This document shows positions 16,172 to 33,449 of a DNA stretch of 64,000 nucleotides, piece by piece (positions within the stretch are counted from its first letter, which is position 1; the number at the start of each line of letters is the position of its first letter). The DNA is taken from positions 744,001-808,000 of the forward strand of contig JAYWIR010000051.1 in assembly GCA_036172245.1 (NCBI GenBank), read 5' to 3'. The stretch comes from Raillietiella orientalis. Lineage: Eukaryota. The notes below the pieces were generated by a model that was not told the origin of the DNA, did no database searches, and saw only the letters and a program-made list of their open reading frames with translations. Made by a program: the position numbers and the translations under genes.

Positions 16172-18599
16172 AACAGTGAAGCGGTGCTTTCATCTCCCCC
16201 CTGTATTCTTCTGGAGCTTTTGGTGTCGCGAAAGGCGAGCTGTCGCAACTTCATTTGCTTTCCCGTGCGCGATCGGAACATTTCGGCCAAAAAAAAAAAA
16301 AAAGTCAGCTGAGCCTATCTGCGTATTTTCGCGCTTGTGGCCTCTCTTCTTTCTCGCAGGACGTACCCTTCTGACGGGAGTTGCAGGGAAACGGGGTCTC
16401 TGAGAAAACCCTGCCGCTTTCTCAACTGCTTCCTGAGCTTTTTGCTGCTCCGTCCTCGGCACGATACCCCTTAAACCTCGTATCTTTTTAGCGGACTCCT
16501 GTTTTTGTCCGTGTGCGACCTTGGAAATTCACGACTGCCCATTCTCGCAGTCGATCCTCACTTTGTCCTGGGATCGCCACGCAATTATGCAAATCGTCTT
16601 TCGCAACCGCACCGGTTTCAGCACTTTCCACCAATTTGACCGTCCCTCCGATGGAGTGAGCTGCTCACGAAAGTATTCTGCTCCGTCAGCTCCGGCCAAA
16701 AAAAGCGTCAGCCACGAACGTCCTTCCTGCACGAGCTTTCGTGACTCCTCGGACGCACGGGAGAAGCTGCAGAGACGGGATCGATCCCGGGTCTGCCTCC
16801 CGCCGCCCAATTTCTTTCTCCCTCTCAATCTTGGCCTCCACCGTGGCGTGAAAACTCTTCCGCGGAGCTGCCTGGCGGGTTCGAGCTTGTACTTTTGCTG
16901 CTTTCCCAGGATTCCCTGCTCTGCGTCACTACCTTTCTGTGTTTCCCCCCCGCACTTCATTCCTTCGGGAGCAAGTTTGCATTTTCTTTTCTTCCTCCGT
17001 TCCTCTTCCTTCCGCGGAAATTTGGACTGCAAGTCACTCTTCATATCACTTAATTCGATTCCACGAATTCTCCTTCCTCGAAGTTCTCCTCATGTTGAAA
17101 GGCTCCTTTGTCACATGTCTATGTAAGCGTTCTTTGTAGCATTTTTTTTTCTTTTCTTTTTTTGTGTGTATCTGCGTATTTGCAGTTCTTTCCCCTCTCT
17201 CTCTCTCTCTTTCCTGTTTAATGCTCAGCTGGTAGCTGCAGTTTGATCGCATGGAAATCCAGGATGCCTCTGTGTGGGAGGACGCATCAAGGCGAGAGGA
17301 GGAGCACACTCGGACGTCCATTGCTAAGGTCTGCAGCACGAGGAGTTGAAAAGCCTCAGCAGATGCAACTGCCATTCATTCGTATCACTGTTGCCCGGTT
17401 GCGCCTTCCGTAGCCAGTGCGTGTTGGCCAGAAGCCGCCAGCGCGGAACGGGTGGAAAGCTCGAGATGGACCGTTCTCGGGAAAAGACGTTCCCATAGCG
17501 TTTGATCGTTATCGGGTGACGGCGCGTTGCGAGGGCCGTAGGACCGGGTCAAGCGGAGATGATAAAGGAACTGAAGCAAATCGGAAAAGTTGATGATGGA
17601 GAGTGGTGCTGTATGCTCAGGGAATGAAGATGAAAGTGAAGAATGAGGAAAGTCTGGTTAGAGAGAGGGAAGGATAGAGGATTGCTTAAGATCAAAGGGA
17701 TGGCATGCAACATGCTAAGCAAGGAACGCTATTTTTTCGTTTTTTTTTTTATTTTTATCTTTTTCAATATTCAGTTTCAAAAGTTCAAAAGAAGTGAGAA
17801 AGCAGCAGGTCATACATTCGTGAATTGGACATGTGAGAAAGCCGCGATTCACCGTTCCTGCGAATGCCTATTTATAGACTGGAAACATCCCGGAACAAAG
17901 CGATCGGACTTATCTCAAGCCTCATCCGTTTTCACACTCTGGAGTTCCTCCTCCTTCTTTGGTTTCAGAAACTCCTCGGTCTGAGAGCATTCTTAACCTT
18001 TGAAGTGCGTGTTGACCTCACCAATCATCAACGACCTTCCCTTCTGAGAAAGTAAGAAATCGAAATGGGATCCCGTCCACTTCCTGGAATTCCCTGCTTT
18101 TGACTAGAAAAAAAATAAAATAAAGTAAAAAGAAATGGCCACCTGAGCAAATGCCTCCAGTCTAAAAGTGGTCCATCCATCTCACTGGGCGGTTGATTTT
18201 CTTCAGCACGAGGGGAGAGGGAAACGGTGTTCTGACTTTGAGAATCCTGACATCTGAAAGACCATAAAGAGTATCGCGCAGCCTTCCATTTTGGAACTCT
18301 AGCAGTGGAACTCTTCAGCTGAAGGCGTCAGGTTTCTTAAGCAACTCCGAACGGAATTCGGATGTCCCGTTTCTTCCCCCCAACAAACCACATCAGGGTT
18401 GCCTCTAAGTCCTCCTCCTCTCATCCTCTATTTCTGCTTCCCCCGATCCTCACCTTTGAGCATCCTCCCGCCTTCCGTAGCCAGACAGAGGCGGTGCTCC
18501 CAAAGTCTCGATCCACGAAACCGTCCCCCTCTTCCTCTTCGTGCAGATGCGGATCCCGAGTTCCATTTGTTTTCCTGGCCACGGAAGCGGGGAGATCTT

Positions 18600-20600
18600 T
18601 TGCAAATCGCGAAGGTTGCGGAAATTCAACTCCTGGAAGGGGATGGCGCTCGAGGGCCGACAAGCCCCCGGGCATAGGCGCTCTGGAGACTCTCATTGAA
18701 CCTTCCTGCCTGCCGGCGTTCCGCCTCCGGAGGATGGCAGGTTCCGGCGAGTGGGAGGGCTGCAGCAGCGTGAGCAGGAGGGTTTGGGCGCGAGATCGCC
18801 TGGAGGCACAGATCTTTGGTGGCATCAGCGAACAAACACCACGCTGAGATCCCTGGAAGTCTGACGTGGGGGAAGGTTCAATGCGAACAGCCTTCGGGTA
18901 CGGTTCGATCCATCGAGAATTTGGCACCAGGAAAGAATTTTCTCGAGCGGGCGAGGGGGGAGAAAGAGGAGGAGGAGGAGGAGGGAGGAACCTTCGACAC
19001 GGCGAACTGTTTTTAAAGAGATCCGTGTCCTACCGCTCCTCTTCACCTCTGCCTGCTACATTCCATGAAGTGTCCCTGTACTCCAAGATGCCACCCTCCT
19101 CGCGTAGGCGGATGGACTTCGTTCGTTCTCTGGATCGTAACTCTCCTCTTACCTGTGCATCCTGGGGCCATGCGCGTGTCGAAAGGATTGAAACGCCTCC
19201 GTCGGGAAACCGCGGCAATCAAGGGAGAGTGGAAAGGAGAGGAAGGAAAGGACGTGCCCCTTCCACGATCGGGTTAGGTCCAGGCACGACGGGTCTGCAG
19301 TTCGCGAGACCCTCCCTCGTGCTACCGTCCCCTCGGGCTGCAGCCGCGAGGAGGACCAGGACCTGGCCAGTCGTGCTTCCAGGTTCTCCTTGTGCTGCGC
19401 GTCGCGCAACTCCCTGGAAATGGAGTCCGTTTCCCTCCTCCTTTCCTCTACCACCGCTGCGCCTGCCTCCCTGCCTCGCCACACCTTCCCTTGAAGAACG
19501 AATCCTCCTTGATCTTCTTCGAGGAAATCGGTGCGGAATTCTGAGAAAACCAGTCGTCCAGGGAAAACGCCCTCGCAGGGGGCTCGCTGGAAACGGAGCC
19601 GATTTCTCCGGGATCAGTGTCCCTCTCCTCCAGACCGGAAACTGGAAAGATTTTTCTCTCCTTTCCTCGAGATCTTTTTAAAACCTCCGGATGCGATTCG
19701 TCTCCCGATCGCTGTTGCATTCGCGCGGCGGAGATGGCTGCTTGTCCTCATCTTTCTCTTCCTCTCGTTTGTGGCAAACCGGAAAGGTGGTTGGGGTCGA
19801 GGAAGAGTTGAGATACAGCTCTCCGTGGTAGAGCTGTTTCCCTTGGAGGAGAAAATTTCCCGGAAAAAAAAAAAAAACAGAAGGAGAAGAAGACTCAACA
19901 ATTATAGCAGTCTGGATGGCCTCTCAGTGTTCCACGTCCAACCAAGAAAAGCTGGAGGCACAAAAACAGGCCACGATCCCGCTTCTGTACGTGGCGTATA
20001 GAGAAACTTTCCACGACGCTCTGCCCTTTGCGAGAAGCAAAGGGCAGGGGATGGATCAGACAGAAGGGGCTGGGAGTGGAAGAGAAAGCGAAGAGCCGAA
20101 ACGAAGCAGAACAGAAGGATGGATGGATCTTGAAATCCGGATAAGAAAAGCGGCGGAAGTGGAAGCAGCGGAGTAGTGAGAGAGGGGAGGGAGGGAAATC
20201 GAGAGTCTTGGTGGCAGAAGTTCTAGTGGCCTGATGTGAACGAACCAGACAAACCAACAACAACTCCTCGTCGGATGGTGGAAGCCTCTGTTGTCTCGAC
20301 ACACCTCCTCACTTTTCTGCGCTCTACTCCACTGCCTCCCGACCACGGACCGGAATGGTCCCGCGATTGCCCAGAGTCAGAAGCCTCTTCTGCCCTGCGT
20401 TTGAGCCACGCTCGCCTCCCTTGCCGTTGGCGGCTTTTGACGTGTGCACCGCGCGGATGATTGAGTTCTTTCCCGCCAGCGATGCGCTCGCTCCGAAGGA
20501 ACGAGGAAGACAAAACACCGACTAGCAGTTCACCCACGAGACGCTTTGCCATCTCGGTACGGCCTTTTTCCTGTGGTCCATCGTTCCTTGCCAATCCGAC
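18600..20600 (+). mobile_element. Possible decayed APE-endonuclease/LINE relic
   Basis: GIGALETLIEP (cf. i.lqET.l), SVSYRSS (cf. vYrpP) and SLDRNSPLTCASWG (cf. GDFN.h...WG) occur in APE order within a GC-rich block. Very degenerate. Confidence 0.3.
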
Positions 20601-22799
20601 GTGTCTTGGTCTCACGGAGTCCAGGAGTTTGTAGAGGAATCCTTGCGGCGGTCTCATGCTATTTTGCTCCCACTTTGATATGAACCGTCTTTTCCAAGCA
20701 CGAAAAGCTGCTTCAAACTAAGTTTCCCTCTTCATATCTTGCATTCCGGAAATATTCCACTGCTTTTTTTTTTTCATTTTCGGGAGCTGTCCATGATAGT
20801 TCATCAAAAGTGAAGCACTTTCTGTTCACTTCCGAGTGTGTTTTTATCAGGCCAGTGCTGGTTGGTGCTACGCATCCACCTAATCTTTTATCAGAGCGAT
20901 TCTTGCACCTTGATTAGAAAAAAAAAAAAAGGTATTTAATAACGACAGTGTTTCCAAGAATTTCTTCCACGGTGCCATCGTTGAGACCAATCGGTTCGAA
21001 CCAGACGTCCTCGTGATCGCTGGAAGATTGTTCTGTTGGAAGCACCTTGTCCCATGAGCCGACCGAAAATCGCAGCAAAGTCAGCTGATGAGGAAGATGG
21101 TTGCCTGTATCTGTTCAGAGGAGAGTGACAAAAGAAGGTATATTAGATAAGAAAAATCCAGACAGATGATCGTGGAGAGAATCTGAGGAATCTCATAGAA
21201 CTCTGGAAAAATTGAAAGGGGAAAAAAAAAAGACTGAAGCAAAAAGTAGCAGCGTTTTCTACTTTTGCTCCTCCTGCCGAAGACGAGTCAAAGGTTGCTC
21301 GCTCTGGCAAGTCATTCATTCCAGTTGATGATGGAAACCGAGGGAACAAAGGGCATTTGGTTATCGTGGCTGCAAAAGCGAACGCAAAACGTTTGGGCTG
21401 TGCGTTTTGGGTTGCTCAGCTCTTGTGGTTCCACCGGAGCCACCGGAAGAAAAGATCGAGATGAAGACATCCTACGAAGCGAACTGATGAAGGAGAGATT
21501 GTCCCTCGGCAATGGGAGTGATTATTCCTCGAGCGGTTCCCATCTCAGCGATTCGAGCAGCGGATGAGCGCAAAAGGCAGACCTTGCCATATTTACCTGT
21601 GGCTACCGCACCTGGGCAGGCAGTGAGAGGACGCTATCAGGTCAGGAGATCACGGGAGAGCGCAGGGAGGAGACTCTCCTTCTAATGTTGCTAAGTTACG
21701 CGTAGCACATGTTATTTGCGTATGCAGAATCGCATTCTTGCACTTCACGCGGAACAGTCGTGCCTGCCCGCGGGCTTCGAACGAGCATCGTGTCTGCTGC
21801 ATTACTAGGCAACCTCCCGTCGTCATCTCCGGTGCCTTTGTTCGAACTGCGGACCGACTGGTGCTCTTGATAACCTTGTTCTTCGCTCAGCTCCCACGAC
21901 GGTGGACCGGAAACCGCTGGAGTCTCATTCGAGAACGAAGCGGCGGTACGGTGGCTCTCTTGGAGTTTCCCGCGAGAAACTCTCATCGGAACGTTGCCAG
22001 GAGAGCGGACGGCCTGCCTCAGTTAGGAAACGGTTGGCTGGAAACCTCTGCTCCCCGCAGACATCGTTTCGGCTTCTGGGCATCGGAAATCGCGAAACGG
22101 ACAGCCAGCGACGAGCTAGCGAATTCGTCGGGGGAAAACTAGGGTTTTCTCTTGGAGTCGGATGGTCATCTTGAATCACAGGAACCATCACAGGTCATGA
22201 GTGTCGCAGAACAAGGGCACACTTTGTCGTTCTCCAAAAATCTTGACTGCAGTTGAAACGATGGTCTTGATTATGCCCTGAGGGCGACTTGCCCGACAGG
22301 AGTCCACCACCTTGCTCCTGGGAATGTGGAACCTCATCCTTCGGTGGAGGGGTCTCTTGCTAAAGTAGCTTGAAGCAATGCGAGTAGTGGGAACACAGAG
22401 GGATGCTGGTTGCTGCTGCTCCATTTGCATATTCATCTTGCCACCTTCATCTCTCTCTCTCTGTTCTTGTTCTTGCATCCCGCCGAGTGCTTCCTGTTCG
22501 CTTAGATTACAGGGTGCTTGCCGAAACACCGACACCATCTTCTGCTAACTCCTGGTGTCTTTTTGTGGATCGAACCGCAGTTTCTACTCTTCTGTTTCTG
22601 TGGCACCTATTCGGACCTTCCCTACTCTGCCTGCGGCAGCTTAACGGATTCGCGAGCGTCGGTGCAGCAAAAGGATCGGAACGCAGCCGCCCGGTTTGCC
22701 ATGGGCTGGGAATCTCAGACAGATTTTTCGTTCCTCCTGGCGACCTTCTCGTTCGGCCGTAGGTGAGGACGGGGGGTGTTGCTCACGCAGGTGGGAAAT

Positions 22800-23900
22800 T
22801 TCGCCACTCCGCGCACGGGATCAATCATCGCCCGCGCGCGGTCGTGCATCTTTGCTTCTTTCCCCGAAACACGAGGATTCCCGTGCGCCGGGTCACCTGC
22901 TCTCTGGAGGGGAAGCGCTCCACCGCTCACTCTCCCGGGATGCTGCAAGCGCGACTGCCTGAGCTGCTGAAAACTCCGGTGAATTCTCGGGGCCCCTGCT
23001 TCGCTATGTCGAGCATGGCGGTTCGGTCCACACAAGGCAGGGGTCTCCGACGAAGGGATGCTGAAGAGATGAACTGGACTCCACGAACTGCTACTGCCTT
23101 ACCCTCTTCATTCTTGTCGCCTGACGCCCTTATCCTCAGAAACGATCTTCAGGGGTAGTCTCAAGAAACTGAAACCTCAGAAGGAACATTTTTTAGTCTC
23201 ACGGCTTGGGCTTCACTAAATGGACTGCTTCCCGCAGGACGGGACCAGAACAACGACAGGGTTGCCATTCAATAAAATATTTTTCTTCTCGTAAGCATGT
23301 CCGCCGAGCGCCTTGGCATGCCTCAGATGGAGTTTCCTCGCGCACCACGGTAACAGGATGGACCAAAAATCTTCCTCCTAGGGGAAGCAATCTACGCCGA
23401 AGGGACCGAAGAGCTTATCAACGCCAGGAGGTTTGCAACTGCCGGTCCCTTGGCTGAGCAGGACGCTGGAGAAGACGACTGGTTTGGACGGGTGTCCTTC
23501 AGTTCCCCATTTTTTGTCTGCTTTCCAAACTTGGCGTGAGAGGACTTGGAGTCCTGGAAACAACAAGAAACAAAAAGGCTCACGCAGCAACCACCTTGGC
23601 GAGAACTGCCACCGAGGAAAGCCACCGCCTGCTTCGTTCAAAGTTACGACTACTGGTATGGGAACCGTTTCTTGAAAGGGCGCCGAATCCCTTCCAATCC
23701 CAGATGTTTCAGGAGACTGGAAACCGATCTGCAGATCTGCTTATGCATGCATCACGCAGGATCGTTCCACATTTCCATTCATTCAGGGTTCCCGCGTCTC
23801 CGCCTTGCGTTCGCGAAGGGCTTCTTCGCCTCGCCCGACGTGTGCATCGTGAGAACGTTTCGGTCACTGTCTCTCTACAATCTCCAAACGTCACTTCACT
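22800..23900 (+). mobile_element. Possible decayed non-LTR RT relic
   Basis: LLLSPKHEDSRAPG, LGFTKWTAS (cf. LDF.KAFD) and PPRGSNLRR (cf. GVPQGSVL.P) in the expected order. Confidence 0.35.
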
Positions 23901-25399
23901 CGCTCGCGGTTCGCGTGTGCAAAACCGTGCGAGGGGCTTCCTCCTTTTTGTCCTGAACACGTCACGGTTTCCGACTCTTGAGCAAACAATCCCACTTTTG
24001 TCCAAGGCGACATTTCGCCAGCAGCACGGATTTTTCAATGGCTTTCCCTCTCTCCCTCTCTCTTTCTTTCTCGCCTCCCCCTCCCTGAGTTTTGGTTTCC
24101 TTCAGACACCCCCCCTCCAAGGATGGAGATGGAATTGTGTCATCAAGGCTATGACGATGAGGCACGTGCGTGGGATGCGTGCATGTTTTGCAATTATTTG
24201 GGCCACTCATGCAAATGAATATGTGCACAGTGATGCAGTTGAGGTACATTTTACGTGAACACGTATGTACAAATATTGCATTTAGCTATTGGAATCCGAG
24301 AGCGTGGGTTCTGTCTTAAAATGTGTTACTTTGGCGATGATGAACTCGCAGCTATCGGGTGCTGGTGCCGTCGGCTGAGGAGAAGTAATTTTTCCGTTCT
24401 GCATGAATTTGAGGCCGAAACTTTCCGAGGGAAAGCCTGAGCATTAAATAAAAGCTGAATTCATGGATACCACGCACAACAGAGAGAATCACCCGCCCCG
24501 CTTTCTCTCTTTTCTCGTGTTCTCATCCCCGTGTTTTCACTCGAAAAGAACCAGAGGAAAACAAAATAACGGGCACATTGCTACAAAGAATGTTGCTTCG
24601 TCTGCAGTGCTCCGACACTCCTTGAAAATCTCCTAAGGATCCCATTTCGCTTCAAATTTATGCGTGCATAGGTCGTTTCTTTCCAACAATTTCCGCCCTA
24701 CTTCAGATTTGGATCCCAAGATTGGTTCTTCAGAACAGTAAATTTCGATCCAAAACGGGGGGGAATTCTAAAGAACACACAGAGAGACACCTGCTTTAAA
24801 GCAGATACTGAATGAAATTCCGCAGTAATTTACAAAAAAAAAAAAAAACAGACGGTGATGAGTTCGCAGGAAACTTCGGCGGTTTTTCTTTTTCTTTTCC
24901 GCTAATCATAGAAAACAAACAATCATAACTGCACCCAGAAAACTTAATTGAAAACGCAAATGCTCGCTGGATGGAACCCTTGCCTGATCCTCTACGATGA
25001 GGTTAAAACAAAGGCTTTCCAAAGGGGGGGGGGGAAGAAAGAAAAAATGGAAGCCAACTCTTTGCACGACAGCTGCAGCAGTACTAACGAAAAACAAATG
25101 AAGCCTTTCTTTCAGAGGAGGAAATCGCACTGACAATCTTACGGTGCTAAATAGGAACAGGACTAGGATGAAATTCCCGATAGATCCAGGTTTCGACCTC
25201 GTAAAAATGGTGACTATCATAATCAGTACAGCCCTCCTGAAAAAAGCATGACGTAACGAAAAAACGAATTTTCAAACACAAAAAAAAAACAAATCTCTGC
25301 AAAAAAAAGAAAAAGAAATGAACGCAACTCCGTTATCCCTTTTCCAGACTCCAAGTCATGAAAGTATTTCGTAAAATAATCAGAGGGTAAGTGCAGGGG

Positions 25400-26760
25400 C
25401 GTTAAATGTGGAACTCAAAAATGCATTTGATCAGAAAATCACTTAGAGGAGAGCAGATGGATTGAAGGATCCAAATTATTGATTTCCACATACGTGTGAG
25501 TGCACGCATAACCACTGGGACTACAAACAACGTGGCTTGCTGGCTCCAAACACTTAGGCAGAGTTATCATTTTAGAGGAAATCACAATTCGTTTCAGAGG
25601 AGTGCCTGAGAAGCCAAATATTACTGCGCCATGTTCATGTTTCCTGGTAACGTTGATATCAGAGTTTTCTAAAGTCGGAGCAAACTCAGTAGCTTCTAAG
25701 AGTAGAATAGGCGAGCTGAGAACCAAAGAATATATAGATTAACTGCTTCCAAGTCGACTCTGATTTAAGTCATTTCAGAGGCTTCAGAAATTTGTAATTC
25801 ACTTATCCATAGTTCCGTGGTGTCCAGAGAAAATATTTCTTCTATCTGAGCACTGAATCATAATGCCTCACGGAGTAAGCAGCCAGTATTGCAACTCGCG
25901 GAATGCCAATCGTGGCAACGGGAAAATATCGATATCGGAGCATACACCATTTCCGGAGATAAGTGATACTAACTAATTTTTGACTGATTAATTGCAGAAT
26001 GATTGCGAAACCGAAGTCTATCCCATACGCAGACTAGTCGCCTAGCTAGGACCTTTCACTGCATTTATGGAACCACTCCCATACCCTGTAAATCAGTTGT
26101 GCCAAAAAAAAAAAAAAGTAAAGAAAAGAAAGAAAGGAAGAAAGAAAAAGGAATTACATTCACTAAATTTCGGAGCACGGCTTTTTCAAAGCTAGAAGTG
26201 GCCGACTGATCCATAGAAAGGAAAGCATTAAAGGGTCACATGGTGACGAAAATATAACAACATATCTGTGCCCAGGATTCGGATGCGTATCATACCTGCA
26301 CCATGATGGAGTAAGAGTTCGCTTTTCACAAGCTTCAGGCAGGGTGAAGTTGAAAATCAAACTAAATAGCTTATTTTCACTCAAACATTATTGCAAACTT
26401 AGCTTACTGTTTCATCTCTGAATGAAAGGCAAGAATATTTCCCGAGTTCCAAATAGTCAGCAGATGCAGAGGAAGCAGAAAGTCCCATTCTATGTCATCA
26501 AACATTGGGAGTGAAAGAGGGAAATCACCTATCATATGCGGAGAGTGCCATTTCATCAATACTTTCATAAGAAAGAGTAAATGAGTACTGAAGAAAGAAA
26601 AAAGTAGTCTGTATTCTGAAATTGGGTTGAGATTTTAGGAAAGCACTCTTCAGTTCAAAACAAGCATGCAGATTATATCTGAAACATCTTTTCATTCTAA
26701 CACTGATTTGATGGCGATCAATTCTGATTTCTTTAAGTGGGGTTATTTCCAAAAAGACTC
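25400..26760 (-). mobile_element. Decayed CR1/L2-like LINE RT relic
   Basis: ORF 26163-26384 contains TLPEACEKRTLTPSWCRYDTHPNPGHRYVVIFSS (cf. lP..WK.a.vtPi.K.gd...p.nYRPIsl.S). FFGSQLAYSTL (cf. PQGS.LgP) follows near 25720. Confidence 0.5.
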
Positions 26761-27823
26761 ATACAGAGGCAGTCCACTGCTCGATCGTGCTGAAGTGAAA
26801 TGCTTTTGATGTTTTCAATTGTAATCTAAAACATTAAGATCATTCAGTCGACTAATTAAATTGATATACTTTAAATAGAATCCGTTTCGATGTGCAGAAA
26901 CGCTTACTATGTGATTTGCTTTATTTTCCTTTATGGAATTATTTGCCTAAAAAAAATATCCAAAGCCATGTATTTTAGGAGAAATCCCTCTCTCAGGAAT
27001 TTTCATAATTTTTGCCTAATGATCAGGAAACTAATGAAAAAATGGATTTTTTTTCTATTAAATTTCGCTGTCTTAATTTGCAGTATCTTAAGCTTATAGG
27101 AGCAAGGAGTCATGAGGGGATCATTTCTAAGGAAAGGCATGATCGCTTGCTCATTAATATCAATTCCTAAGCTAGTTATGATGAAATCGTTTCATGTTAC
27201 AAAACGGAAAGGAAAAAAACATTTTTCTTTTCTTTTTCTTTTTTTCCCCTTCCTCCCAACACATTGGTAATACTTTTTCCTGATCAATATAAAAACAATT
27301 ACCCCTACGAGTTGTACATTTAGTTGCGAGTTGCTAGAGTTTATTTTGGATTTGCTAAAAATTTCACCAGTGCACTGGATTCCATCCTTTTGTGTGTGGT
27401 TGATGTCGATAATGGTCTGGGAAAAACATTCCTCCCACAGTACTTTTGCAGAGTACAGTAAACAGTTAGAAATTTAGAGGTGGCGTAATGGATGTGCAGC
27501 GAAAGTACGGTGGAAGTGGCAGTGGCCGTTCTTTCGGTTTGCTGGAAGATGCAGTTGAGTGAATATTCAGTTTACGAAAGGAGATGCGTGCCCGTAGCAC
27601 GAGTTAGTAAAAATAGCAGTTTCAGTTTACATTCCTAAGTTGGCTTGCTATCCTTGGCCCAGCCAGTGTTTTGTGTACGTTTACATGGAAAATTACGACG
27701 GACAGTGGGCTCAGATGCGCGGAAAAAATTTTCAGGAAATCTTAAAGTAACTTCTCGCGAGATGGGATTTCGAGTGGCTGACTATTTGTCGTTTCCTACC
27801 ATGATAAGCAGAACTGATTGACC

Positions 27824-30453
<2,630 letters not shown>

Positions 30454-30611
30454 TTTAATTATATGCATCGACATCTTATTGCTGAGAACATCATTGTTGA
30501 TCATGATCCTGTTATCATATATGGCTCCTGTTATCATTTGCTATTTTGAAGACCTCATTTAGAGATTGGTTGTTATGGCATTTTTCGGCAGGTTTTATTG
30601 GACCAAATGCG

Positions 30612-30617
30612 AATAAA
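30612..30617 (+). promoter_or_regulatory. Putative polyadenylation signal of CaMKI
   Basis: AATAAA about 160 nt after the stop at 30453. Confidence 0.55.
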
Positions 30618-30851
30618 GATAGATCTCTCATGTATGTCAGAACTTGGTTTGCTTTGAATGGTGAAGGTTTTCAAGTTTAAGAAGATTCTTATTCATGTCA
30701 GTTGGCATAAATGTCTACTAGTAATAGCGCAGATATTTAAACAGGCCAAAAGTGATTATTTCTTTGAAAATGTGCATGTTTCTAGTTCATGGTCGTTTTA
30801 AGTGTATTCAGTTTGCTCATTTACTTTTTGATACCGATGCTATCAGTTTAC

Positions 30852-30889
30852 ACAGGTGAGTAGGTTGTATCTACTACCTACTCACCTGT
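30852..30889. repeat. Perfect 14-bp inverted repeat (hairpin, 10-nt loop)
   Basis: acaggtgagtaggt (30852-30865) pairs with acctactcacctgt (30876-30889). Confidence 0.9.
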
Positions 30890-30949
30890 ATTAAAGGTAT
30901 GCCATAAATACCGTTCTTTGCAGCCAATTTTATTGAGAACTTTTGTCGA

Positions 30950-31800
30950 ATGAAGTGATTATTATCTTGACGGACAGTCGAAGGTTTGCTCTGCCCTAGA
31001 GTTCCATTTTAAATTGCGCATCTAATTCCAAGTGTCTCGTCTTGTTAACGTGAAGTTTTATGCCCAAATAAGTGAACATATGTAAAGCCGGAAAAATCCA
31101 GAATCCTCCAGCTTAAGTACGCACACATTTCAGTGCCATGACTTGCAGTCTCTCAATACGAGTTTGCGAGTTTTCCGAAGCTGTATGAAAAGTCTGGTGT
31201 GGACATGCATACCTGCACGTGTGTTTTTTTCCCGAGAGTATCTTAAAGTTCGATTTCACAAAAGTAAACCTGCCATTTAGCCCGAGGGCTGTTTCACCTG
31301 TATTTCTTTGCCTGGATTGACAAAAGTGTGTTCTTTACGCATTTGGTTCCTGAAGGGCAAAATAATATATGGCACTAGCAATGGTGTAGATTGCCAGACG
31401 CTTAAATTTCATTGGGAATATGTGCTGGTTGATTTTGTCGCGTCCTCGGTACATAAGTATAGGAATGCTAAACCGAAAGGCTTTGCTCTGCAGTGGAACC
31501 ATCATTGGGTGGCATACTTGAGGAATGCCCCAAAGAGGGCTAAGCTTCAGTGACCTTGTCCATCGAGAACTTCGTTCTTCTATTTGCACTTTTTCCTGAT
31601 TATCAGCAGGAGAAGAAGGTAAAGATTTCAGTTTTGAACATTTTCACGAAAGGGGGCAGCCATTCGTGTAAGAATATGTGCTTTCAATTACAAATAGGAA
31701 ACGCCTTGAAGCAGTCTAACCTCGGAGTACCGAGAGATGACATTCCGACTCACGTAATCTAAGACCGTCATCTTTCGCTCTTAAAAGAGTCCATTTTATC
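30950..31800 (+). mobile_element. Possible decayed non-LTR RT relic
   Basis: KAGKIQNPP (cf. K.GK....P.sYRP), FPESILKFDF (cf. D..KAFD) and SNLGVPRD (cf. kyLGv.lD) in order. Confidence 0.3.
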
Positions 31801-33449
31801 TACAAGGGCTGAAGAATCGAATACATTGAAAGTCCATACTTTGACGTTTTTCTCCCCGTGTTTTCTTTACTCTTCAGCCCTTTGAATTAAAGCGTAGCGT
31901 CTATTGCAAGTAAGTTACATGGATGAGTATTTTATTTCGTCACTGCACAGAAAAGAAGTAAAGCAATGCTCCCAGTATGTGGTTGTTGCGTAATCAAAGA
32001 AGTAAATAGAACAGAAGCATGAACTTTGTGATCTTTTTTTCTTTTCCATGTTCTAATGCATAGAATTATTGGCATAGTAGTATGCAACATGGTTCACAAT
32101 CTTAGTGGTAGATAGAATGATGCCAAACTTCGTTTTCACTGGATTAAAGTACAGTCCTGCTAAACCTTCTTCAATGTCTTTGAGTCTTTCCATTAAGAAG
32201 TCCAAATGTCGAAATATTTACCATGCTATCCCTGTAATTTGAAATGTGTAAGCAAGAAAATCCAATGCGCACATCTATGTAGATATCTGTTGTGAAACGC
32301 CACTCACAGTTGCTTATCGTAAATGAGTAATCTTCAAGAAATTTATCATCAAGAAATGCCGTTGATGATGGAATCCTTTAATAAGTAATTCTGACAATTT
32401 TCTGTTTACTGCCGCTTTGTAGTTTTTGCAATCTAATTAAGGAATGCCTTCGTCAACTTTTCTTTACGACAGAAAAAAAAGTTCTCCGACAAGCCGGAAA
32501 TTCTCGCGCGCGGAAATGCCAGAGTGTTTCGCACTCGTCCACGTCCTCGTGAACCATCGCTTAAGCCAAGATCCCATGACAACGACCCCTGTTGTGCTGG
32601 CAGAGAGAGGGATGCAGGTTTCGATGCCGCGCCATTTCACTAACGGCACGTGCCACGGCCGTTCTCTCACTCAACTGTTGCTGCCCGCCTCTCATCACTA
32701 CCAAATATCATCTGGAGGAAGTTCAGTGATTTAAGGATCAGTCTCTTGCAGCCAGGAGCGTGCATTTTCCTTTCGGAGTATTACTTCGTCAGAGAGAAAA
32801 AGGATACAGATGCAGTACCCTCCGAGTACGCATTTATGACCAGCTATTCCCGTAAGAATTCCGCCATAGGGCGGTGCAGCAGCGGCAGCAGCGAAGAAAG
32901 AAAGCAAGAAAAGCCGGTGTAGGTGACACGCCGAACTGAAGCAGCACCCCAACATCATATCAGTGAACGCGCGAGGTAGTTCTTTTCATTGGCACGTCAC
33001 GGTGCTGCAGCATACCCGGCAACGATGACGCAGTCCGTCTGGCAGCGAGATGCGGCGCCCGGCTGTTGAATGCGGGTGCAGATCGAACGCCTGCGGAGGG
33101 AGGGAACGCGCGTTCGATCGTTGGATCCATCTCATAGGTGGCGCTTTCCCTCTTCCAGGAACGTCCCCAGATCGACACCTCCCCGATTCCTTCCCCCTCC
33201 CCAAGTAGAGCCACTCCTCTCTCTCCCGTTTCTCGAGTCCAGTTTTCTTTCCCATCCCCACTCCTTCCCGCCACGCGGGGGGAGGGGAGGGGGGATAGCG
33301 ATTTCACCCCTCTCTGTAGCGAACCCAGGCGACGGCGGAAGAACGCATGTGGTTGGGGACAGCCGGCGTCTCTGCTGCCCTCTCAAATGCATCTCGCAGT
33401 CGTACGTCTCACAGGGATCCATCGATTATCCTTTCTCTCCTCTCCTCTC

